Origin: a virus
DNA: 64,000 nt
Reading direction: 5' to 3' (one strand)
IMG/VR virus record: IMGVR_UViG_3300042549_008312
Span: 1 to 64,000 of that record
In this document: piece by piece, positions 30,879 through 37,352 of the stretch
Numbering within the stretch: position 1 is the stretch's first letter
How the letters are laid out: every line of letters begins with the position of its first letter
Translations under genes and position numbers: made by a program
Notes under the pieces: generated by a model
Databases searched by the model: none
What the model saw: only the letters and a program-made list of their open reading frames with translations
What the model was told of the DNA's origin: nothing

Positions 30879-30969
30879 TGGCTGACACAGGACTCGAACC
30901 TGCACTGGGCAACCTTACAACCTTTCGGCCTTGGGGGTTTGGGCACCATCCCGCATTACACAGTCAGCC
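30879..30969 (-). ncRNA. tRNA-like RNA with no recognisable anticodon arm
   Basis: Acceptor GGCTGAC/GTCAGCC-A and T-arm GCAGG-TTCGAGT-CCTGT intact; middle irregular. Confidence 0.65.
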
Positions 30970-31237
30970 ATTTGTCCCCATCCTGAGATCATGGATGAGT
31001 AGTCATATCGGTTTGTTTACTTTGAAACAACCTGCTGGGCATCCCCGTTAAAAAAAGTCAAACTACTGGGAGCCTCTGTTACCTAGCTTTATTCCCACGA
31101 GACTGGCGTTTTATAGAGCCACACCCAGTTTCTACCCATGAGATAGTCTTCTATGTGGATATTAGGATGTCCAGTCCGATACCCTATCAAGTTTAAATGA
31201 GACATTGACAAGTCTACTGAGTATCTCTTACCCATTG

Positions 31238-31311
31238 TAGTGATAACGAGACTCGAACTCGTAACCTAATGCGTATAAGGCATGTGCTCTCACCAATTGA
31301 GCTATACCACT
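31238..31311 (-). tRNA. tRNA-Ile(UAU)
   Basis: Loop CTTATAC, A73. Confidence 0.85.
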
Positions 31312-31396
31312 AATTATTGCCATGGTCTGCCTCGTAGTACAGACTGTACCCCTTTAAGTGACTCACTAACCCTAGGTGTGGGTAGCATAGCAATTG

Positions 31397-31468
31397 TAGT
31401 CCCTACGGGAATCGAACCCGTCTTTTCAGGATGAAAACCTGATGACCTAACCGATAGTCGAAAGGACC
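31397..31468 (-). tRNA. tRNA-Glu(UUC)
   Basis: Loop TTTTCAT in TCAGG/CCTGA stem. Confidence 0.9.
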
Positions 31469-31609
31469 AAATAGGACAATGATGGAGTACCCGTCTCGCT
31501 CCAATCTTAATTGCTTCCTGAGTTTTAATGAGGCCTCAGCAAAGGGTGATGAATTCCGATTCCACTCTGGATTGTCGACATCCGTTGAACGGGGAAAACC
31601 ATTGTCTTG

Positions 31610-31681
31610 CTGTGATGGGGAATTCCGAGATCCCGACCTGAGAGTTAACAGCTCCCTGCTCTACCTCTGAGCTACATCACA
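31610..31681 (-). tRNA. tRNA-Asn(GUU) with atypical T-loop
   Basis: Loop CTGTTAA, G73; T-arm GGGAT-CTCGGAA-TTCCC. Confidence 0.82.
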
Positions 31682-31891
31682 AAATAATTGATGATTCGAC
31701 CACATTTCTTACCAGAGCGGGACAAAGGGGTCTATTGGTATTGTACCCTCATGCACTCAATTGGGATTGCGGCCCCGTGAGTCTCCCGATGCGCCATTGT
31801 CTTTCATTAACTTTTCTCCGTCCTATCTGTTGTGGGATTCTGGCAGTGTTCCCTCAGGATACTCGTTTAATTACTCTTTCATCATCAATTG

Positions 31892-31962
31892 AGCGATAGA
31901 CAGGATTCGAACCTGCGACCCTAACCTAGAGGATTATGCTCTACCAACTGAGCTACTATCGC
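31892..31962 (-). tRNA. tRNA-Gly-like body with 5-nt anticodon loop (CUCUA)
   Basis: GCGATAG/CTATCGC-U acceptor, perfect D and T arms, anticodon arm TAATC-CTCTA-GGTTA. Confidence 0.7.
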
Positions 31963-32178
31963 AATTTGGCTACTCCTTTGGGGAAGTTTCGCCATTAACG
32001 TGAATGGGGTGATCAAACCCACTAACATCACGGGTATAGGTTTTAACAACAAAACCATTACCAAAAAACGCCAGTTTTTAACGCCCAAAACTGAATAAAC
32101 GGCTCGACTCTTCTGTGGACTCAATTTTAAGTGCGCTCCACATCACCTCTCAAGCTGAACAATACTGCGAACACTCCC

Positions 32179-32253
32179 TGGTTGCGGGGGCAGGATTCGA
32201 ACCTGCGACCCCGAGCTTATGAGGCTCGTGAGCTACCTCTGCTCTACCCCGCA
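32179..32253 (-). tRNA. Initiator-like tRNA-Met(CAU)
   Basis: TGCGGGG acceptor, GAGC D-stem (A11-U24), CTCATAA loop, CCA. Confidence 0.85.
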
Positions 32254-32326
32254 ATATCTTATGGTTTTGCCTCACCAAAAAGCTTCCATTGTATGAAGTC
32301 CAATAGATAAAGTCCTCGGTTTGTTG

Positions 32327-32400
32327 TATCCCCGACAGGATTCGAACCTGTGACCTATTCATTAGAAGTGAATTGCTCTATCCAGCTGAGCTACGAAGAC
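32327..32400 (-). tRNA. tRNA-Arg(UCU)
   Basis: Loop CTTCTAA, A20 in D-loop. Confidence 0.92.
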
Positions 32401-32407
32401 ATAATTT

Positions 32408-32467
32408 CGGAATGCGTTTTTTTCAAAGTAGAAGTTTGATTTTGTAAAATTTGCTGAATGCATTCCC
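32408..32467 (-). ncRNA. Stem+CAGCA-motif small RNA with a UCU anticodon-like hairpin
   Basis: GGAATGC/GCATTCC closing stem, TTCAGCAAA, TCAAA-CTTCTAC-TTTGA. Confidence 0.6.
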
Positions 32468-32487
32468 ATTAAGTTAAGATAAAATAC

Positions 32488-32611
32488 AGGATGAATTTAT
32501 ACGTGCTCTAACCAGCTGAGCTACCTGGGATGCCGAAGCATTGTCCCAGGGTTGGATTCGAACCAACGACCACGAGGTTAGAAGCCTGAAGTAAATTGCT
32601 GTAACCATCCT
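32488..32611 (-). ncRNA. Circularly permuted tRNA-Arg(UCU)-like / YrlA-like RNA
   Basis: Order is anticodon loop, T-arm, looped acceptor stem, D-arm, all inside a terminal stem AGGATG/CATCCT. Confidence 0.8.
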
Positions 32612-32623
32612 CATTATTTTATC

Positions 32624-33265
32624 TTATATCTTTCTACCTTTTGACCAACCATTATTTAGGTAATCTTCAAGGTTTTCTTTTTTAATTTTTTTATTAACAC
32701 CATCTTTAGTTATCCAACAAGTTCCGTATTGTGAGTTTTTTTCACCAACACCAATACCTTTACTAGAATTACTCATTTTTTGTTTAGTTTCTTCTGAATG
32801 CGTTTTACCTTCAAAGGTATTGTACTTAATTTTACCCTCTTTGTGACTTTTTTTCATGGTATTACGCAATCTTTCAACAACAACATCCCTATATTCAAGA
32901 TCGTCAAACATTTTTTGTTTATGTGCTTTACCCCCGCAAATTGATCGGTGTCTTTGTTGTTCGTCACTAATAAAACCACCAGTACCACCACCCATTAAAT
33001 TCATACAATTTTTATCAACAAGCATTTCAGGTGTGATGGCAACTTTTTCGGCCTCAATTAATAAATCCCTATTCTCAAAGAATTCAAGTATTTGTTTTTC
33101 ATGGTTTTCAATACCATATTTTCTAATACTCTTTCTTAATCTTCTACCGCTACCTATATAACCATCTTCTAAGTTATCTGCGCTATGCATACCTATATAA
33201 TACCTGTTTGTTACCAAACAAGTTGTTTTATACAAGTAATGTATTGTTTTTTGTTTCCTTGGCAT
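32624..33265 (-). CDS. Free-standing GIY-YIG homing endonuclease with NUMOD3 (Seg-like)
   Basis: YLYKTT....R.YIG.H, Y.GSG, GKTHSEETKQKMS; inserted in the tRNA cluster. Confidence 0.9.
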   Translation of the reverse strand: MPRKQKTIHYLYKTTCLVTNRYYIGMHSADNLEDGYIGSGRRLRKSIRKYGIENHEKQILEFFENRDLLIEAEKVAITPEMLVDKNCMNLMGGGTGGFISDEQQRHRSICGGKAHKQKMFDDLEYRDVVVERLRNTMKKSHKEGKIKYNTFEGKTHSEETKQKMSNSSKGIGVGEKNSQYGTCWITKDGVNKKIKKENLEDYLNNGWSKGRKI

Positions 33266-33314
33266 AATCTACATTTTTAATATAAATAGTACCAAAGAAC
33301 AAAAAAGTTCTAGG

Positions 33315-33386
33315 CGGTCCATGCGGGAATCGAACCCGCCTCACCACCGTGACAGGGTGGCATCCTAGCCGATGAACGAATAGACC
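33315..33386 (-). tRNA. tRNA-Asp(GUC)
   Basis: Loop CTGTCAC, G73. Confidence 0.92.
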
Positions 33387-33403
33387 ATTTTTGATTTTCC
33401 AAT

Positions 33404-33415
33404 ATGTCAAAGAAC
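33404..33415 (-). promoter_or_regulatory. boxA-like antitermination motif GTTCTTTGACAT
   Basis: Between the first and second tRNA of the operon; second copy at 21163-21174. Confidence 0.65.
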
Positions 33416-33457
33416 TTAATAGGAAACCACAGTTTTACGACAACGTCAACCTATCTT

Positions 33458-33533
33458 TGGTGGTGCGGGCAGGAATCGAACCTGCGACACAAGGATTTTC
33501 AGTCCTTTGCTCTACCAACTGAGCTACCGCACC
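33458..33533 (-). tRNA. tRNA-Phe(GAA)
   Basis: Loop CTGAAAA, CCA. Confidence 0.94.
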
Positions 33534-33539
33534 AAATTC

Positions 33540-33594
33540 GGGATGGATTTTGTTTGTATTTATCCGTTACATGTAATGTGCTGTAACCATCCCC
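33540..33594 (-). ncRNA. Stem+CAGCA-motif small RNA
   Basis: GGGATGG/CCATCCC stem followed by TTACAGCA; shares GGATGGTTACAGCA with 32488-32611. Confidence 0.6.
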
Positions 33595-33610
33595 ATTTTC
33601 TAATCTGTTA

Positions 33611-33642
33611 CAAAACTAAGAAGTAATTTCTATACTTCCAAA
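33611..33642 (-). promoter_or_regulatory. Bacteroidota sigma-A type promoter for the tRNA operon
   Basis: TTTG-N20-TAGTTTTG. Confidence 0.7.
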
Positions 33643-33680
33643 TCTTTTTTAAATTTTTTTCATTTTTTTTCTTTTAAACG

Positions 33681-33708
33681 AAAAAACCCAGAGATCTCTC
33701 CCTGGGTT
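33681..33708 (-). terminator. Attenuator terminator hairpin
   Basis: AACCCAGGGA-GAGA-TCTCTGGGTT-TTTT. Confidence 0.85.
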
Positions 33709-33763
33709 CCTTATTGTATCTAGTATATTTTTTACTTGAGATTTTTACAATAGGAACCCAGGG
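33700..33763 (-). promoter_or_regulatory. Antiterminator hairpin (18 bp, one bulge) overlapping the terminator 5' arm
   Basis: CCCTGGGTTCCTATTGTA (33763-33746) pairs with TACAATAAGGAACCCAGGG (33718-33700). Confidence 0.8.
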
Positions 33764-33810
33764 CGATTCTCATCACCAAATGTTCTTCCTATATTTGTAA
33801 AGTTTCTCAT
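33745..33810 (-). CDS. Putative attenuator leader peptide MRNFTNIGRTFGDENRPGFLL
   Basis: 21-codon ORF whose 3' end is the antiterminator 5' strand; codons match the downstream tRNAs. Confidence 0.75.
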   Translation of the reverse strand: MRNFTNIGRTFGDENRPGFLL

Positions 33811-33884
33811 CGAAATTCTTGTTATTTTCCTATATATACTTCAATTTTACTAAAAGTTTCAAAAAAAGAAATATTTTTTTAAAA

Positions 33885-34352
33885 TTATCTGCAATAATTA
33901 TCTGCTGCGGAGCTTGCGGCCCACGCATCTGGTTTACCAACGGCATCATATCCCATTGATTTAGCGTAACCAATACCCGCTTCATACAATTGATTTGACT
34001 TCTCACTTTGCTTTGAGTTGTAATCAACGTGTACAGTTATTTTTGTGTCTATGTCTTTCAATATTTCGGCTGCGTTAACTGATCTAACAACCTCAGACCA
34101 TAGCTTTGGATGCATGTTCGCTATTGGATCACCTTTCTTTGGTCTTGGTTCGATTTCTTTACAGTGAATGACGTGAGCACCCTTACCAAACTCATATAAA
34201 CAAATTGTTGTAACATAATTAACATTGCTTCCAACTTCTTGTGAGTCGCAACCAATATAAATTTCAGACTCTGGATGTTTTACCAACCATTCTGATACAT
34301 ATTCGGACACATTCTCAATAATCAACCCATCTTTTGTCCTAAAATCTTTCAT
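33885..34352 (-). CDS. RNase H-like YkuK (DUF458) family protein
   Basis: IYIGCDSQ, EV..S, VHVDYN, KPDAWAASSAAD. Confidence 0.82.
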   Translation of the reverse strand: MKDFRTKDGLIIENVSEYVSEWLVKHPESEIYIGCDSQEVGSNVNYVTTICLYEFGKGAHVIHCKEIEPRPKKGDPIANMHPKLWSEVVRSVNAAEILKDIDTKITVHVDYNSKQSEKSNQLYEAGIGYAKSMGYDAVGKPDAWAASSAADNYCR

Positions 34353-34355
34353 TTC

Positions 34356-35945
34356 TTACATTTTAAATGTGGTAAACCCTGTTTCACCACTGTTATCTTT
34401 TATAAAATTAATATGTTGTGCTCTCCCATCTTTATGGATGATCACATGCGATTGTAACCATGAGCTTGGTCCGATATTGTAACCAACTCTTAGTTTTGTT
34501 GAGGTACCAACCGCTAAAGCACCGTCTTTTCTCCCTGGTGAGTGGTAATGACCAACAATGACCTTTGTATTAAGCGTTCTAAACTGATTTAGAGACCCTC
34601 TGCTGCCATTTGATCCAACATCACCATGTTGACCCAACTCCCAATCTTTAACCATGTAAGAAGCGTTCCTATTCAATGTAATGAACTTGGGGAATCTTTG
34701 GTTGATCACCTCAGGTATTACACCTTTAATTTCACCCTTAGCATGCTGTCTCAAAAGCATTGCGGAGTATTCCATGTATACCAATGAGTTTTTGCTTGTC
34801 GGTTGTCTTTTCCAATCCTCATTTGTTAACCAGCGATCCAAAAAGTCATCATGGTTACTTCTAACAATAACAACGTTTTTATAATCTTTGAATGACTCCA
34901 ACCCATCGAGCATGTTATTTATTTCCCTCTCAACAGAATTGGTGCCGTTCATTTCTTTTGCAAATTGAATGAATGGGTTTTTCATTTCATGGTGGCTGAT
35001 TGAGTTGCCATCGAATACGTCATGTAATACAACATGCTCTGGTTTCATCTTGCCTAACAACTCATGTGTCTTATCAATCACATCTTGATCATGATGACCA
35101 TAGTGAATGTCACCAAACACAATTGCTGATAATGAATCAACCTTACTTACCTCTCCACCCTCAACTCTATGACAAAGATCGGTAAAGTTACCAGTCTTAT
35201 CATGTGCGGTTACTTGTCTAACATAGAACGTATCCTCATCCTTAATTTCAACGATGGCAAAACCATATGTGTGATGGAACTCGCCTTTCTTACCAGATTT
35301 TGAATCCGTGTAATTCATCTTTGTTACCGCACCAGTTGTAAGCATCATTTTAGGTTTATTACCCTCAAGAACTGAGATCATCTCAAGTTGTACCTTTGGT
35401 GCTCCAAAGATGCATGAGTTAATACCACTTACACCTTGCAAACCACTCATTGGGTTTGTTGCTGTTGGTTGAATTTTTAAATCTGACATAATTGACACAT
35501 ATTTGTGAACATCATGTCTATTCGCATCCAAATAAGGTACAACAGCGTTATCCCATTCTTCATGATCTTTATCAGTGAACACCGATGTTGGGTTTTTATA
35601 ACGTCCAGCAATTACGTGGATATCAGCACCCAAAAATTCAGCATACGCTTTAATATTTTCAAAGAGTGGTTTATGAACTGGTGTGTCATTCTGAGCCCAA
35701 GTAATAAGGAACATTTTTTGTTCTTTATTAGTCGGTCTTTGTTTGGCCGTCAGATATTGTTCCGATTCAACCTCAACCTTCTCCTTAAAGTTTAATTTTT
35801 CAGAACACCATTTTCTAACTGTTCTTTCGGATTTACCGAATAAAGCCACAAGCGAGTTCATTCTATCATCCCAAGATAACTCCTTATTAAGGTAGATGTT
35901 TCTTGCTTTGTCAATTTCTTGTTCTGTTAAGTCTTTAAATTTCAT
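34356..35945 (-). CDS. T5 A1-like protein (HTH + metallophosphoesterase/nuclease)
   Basis: SERTVRKW HTH; ITWAQN.T.VH, Y.NPT, GDIH, HD.FDG, SNHDDFL, HGD.G.NG.RG, GH.HSP, GPSSW. Confidence 0.75.
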   Translation of the reverse strand: MKFKDLTEQEIDKARNIYLNKELSWDDRMNSLVALFGKSERTVRKWCSEKLNFKEKVEVESEQYLTAKQRPTNKEQKMFLITWAQNDTPVHKPLFENIKAYAEFLGADIHVIAGRYKNPTSVFTDKDHEEWDNAVVPYLDANRHDVHKYVSIMSDLKIQPTATNPMSGLQGVSGINSCIFGAPKVQLEMISVLEGNKPKMMLTTGAVTKMNYTDSKSGKKGEFHHTYGFAIVEIKDEDTFYVRQVTAHDKTGNFTDLCHRVEGGEVSKVDSLSAIVFGDIHYGHHDQDVIDKTHELLGKMKPEHVVLHDVFDGNSISHHEMKNPFIQFAKEMNGTNSVEREINNMLDGLESFKDYKNVVIVRSNHDDFLDRWLTNEDWKRQPTSKNSLVYMEYSAMLLRQHAKGEIKGVIPEVINQRFPKFITLNRNASYMVKDWELGQHGDVGSNGSRGSLNQFRTLNTKVIVGHYHSPGRKDGALAVGTSTKLRVGYNIGPSSWLQSHVIIHKDGRAQHINFIKDNSGETGFTTFKM

Positions 35946-36334
35946 AATTTACTTTCAAGTTTTTGTAATTGTTCGTGTGTTTTTTTAAAATCGTCTACTA
36001 ATAGCTCATGTTCGTCAATGGCTTTATTAATAATGGTCATTTTATTATACCAAATATTCGTCATGGTTGTTTTGATCGTATTTTCATTTGTTTCAGCTAA
36101 TAAAGTCATAACAGTTGGTTCGATTATCTCAATGAGTTCATTCTGTAGTTCGATTATCTCAACACGTTTCAAAGCAAATTCATCTTGTAAGGATACCAAC
36201 TTTTCATTTAAAGAAATGGCCGCATTTCTAATTTTTTTTGTGTAATTATCCGTTTCAACAATGTCGGTGAGATCAACACCTTGTTTAATTAATTTATTAA
36301 CGCTCCATTTAGCTATACTGTATAATAATCCCAT
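35942..36334 (-). CDS. Hypothetical coiled-coil protein
   Basis: ORF. Confidence 0.55.
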   Translation of the reverse strand: MGLLYSIAKWSVNKLIKQGVDLTDIVETDNYTKKIRNAAISLNEKLVSLQDEFALKRVEIIELQNELIEIIEPTVMTLLAETNENTIKTTMTNIWYNKMTIINKAIDEHELLVDDFKKTHEQLQKLESKL

Positions 36335-36394
36335 ATATTATAATAATAAAAATTTTTTTACTAAAAAACAAATCCTAACCAACATTTTTTTGTT

Positions 36395-36643
36395 TTAATT
36401 ACTTTCGGTTTCTCCATTTTCTAAACTAAAAATTCTAAGTGCGTTTATTATTACTTCAGACTCCTCAAGAGAGAAAGCGCCTTTTGATTGCGCATGTCTT
36501 AATGCAGCATTTATTGTTAAAACAATTTCTGCTTCTGAACCTTCTTTTACTTTTGTTAAAAAAGTTTGATACTCTTCATCGGTATTATAAGCCAATACGC
36601 TAAATAAAACACCTTTTGGTTTTTGTTCTTGTTCGTTACTCAT
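36395..36643 (-). CDS. Hypothetical protein
   Basis: AQ.KG.FSLEES motif; start revised to MSNEQ. Confidence 0.6.
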   Translation of the reverse strand: MSNEQEQKPKGVLFSVLAYNTDEEYQTFLTKVKEGSEAEIVLTINAALRHAQSKGAFSLEESEVIINALRIFSLENGETESN

Positions 36644-36644
36644 A

Positions 36645-37334
36645 TTAATTATTAAATTCGTAAAATTTATCGATACCAAGCAAAATAAAGTTGGTATCTC
36701 CTATTAATTCTTCTTTTGTAAAATGGAAATGCCCGTTGAACCAATATTCAACTCTATTGCCATTAAGTTTTAGTGTTTCATACATAACCTTAAAACGTTC
36801 TCTTTCTTCTAATAATGTGTTATGTAATGATGGGTCTTGTGCTATAAAGTACCAAACCAACTCGTTAAAATGAACTGGTTCGCAGAAACTAGGAGAGCTA
36901 TGTGCAATTACAACATCAATGTTTTCTTCAATCGCATTTAACTTATCGATATCCAAAATAAATTGTTCATCCAACCAATAATCAACACCAGCTTTTCTTT
37001 GACATCTGTCAATACTAATAGCACCACCAACAAATAGATAACTTCTACCTTCAATGTTTCTGACAGTATAGTCAGGTAAGAACTCTATGTTACTAAAGTT
37101 ATAGTTACCATCAAAATAAGATGGGTCATCGTGATTACCACGAATAACTAATAAATTGTTGTTATTTTTTGCTAGTTTTTTATTGATGTCAACCATCTCT
37201 TCATCCATCCTAGCACGATTACGAAACCCCACACCAAAATCACCAACCTGTATAATGGTGGTGTCTTTTACGGCCATGGCCTTCATGTAAAGTTTTTGGA
37301 AATTACCGTGAATATCCCCTAATATCTGTACCAT
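36645..37334 (-). CDS. Calcineurin-like metallophosphoesterase
   Basis: GDIHG, VGDFG, RGNHD, GGA.SID, GHFH. Confidence 0.9.
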   Translation of the reverse strand: MVQILGDIHGNFQKLYMKAMAVKDTTIIQVGDFGVGFRNRARMDEEMVDINKKLAKNNNNLLVIRGNHDDPSYFDGNYNFSNIEFLPDYTVRNIEGRSYLFVGGAISIDRCQRKAGVDYWLDEQFILDIDKLNAIEENIDVVIAHSSPSFCEPVHFNELVWYFIAQDPSLHNTLLEERERFKVMYETLKLNGNRVEYWFNGHFHFTKEELIGDTNFILLGIDKFYEFNN

Positions 37335-37352
37335 AGGTACAAAAATAATAAA

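Noticed and set aside
30973-31046. HDV-like/theta ribozyme next to tRNAs
   Set aside because: Could not assemble the nested double pseudoknot by eye
31686-31890. RNase P RNA
   Set aside because: Lacks the GAGGAAAGUCC and paired 3' P4 signature
31892-31962. Amber suppressor implying stop-codon recoding
   Set aside because: The loop is only 5 nt and known genes are full-length under the standard code
30682-33586. Short ORFs over the tRNA array (30682, 31479, 31921, 32150, 33228, 33404) and 21128/21420
   Set aside because: They overlap clear tRNA genes and have no protein-like features
33830-34027. 65-aa minus-strand ORF overlapping ykuK
   Set aside because: Alternative frame of the YkuK gene; not the leader peptide
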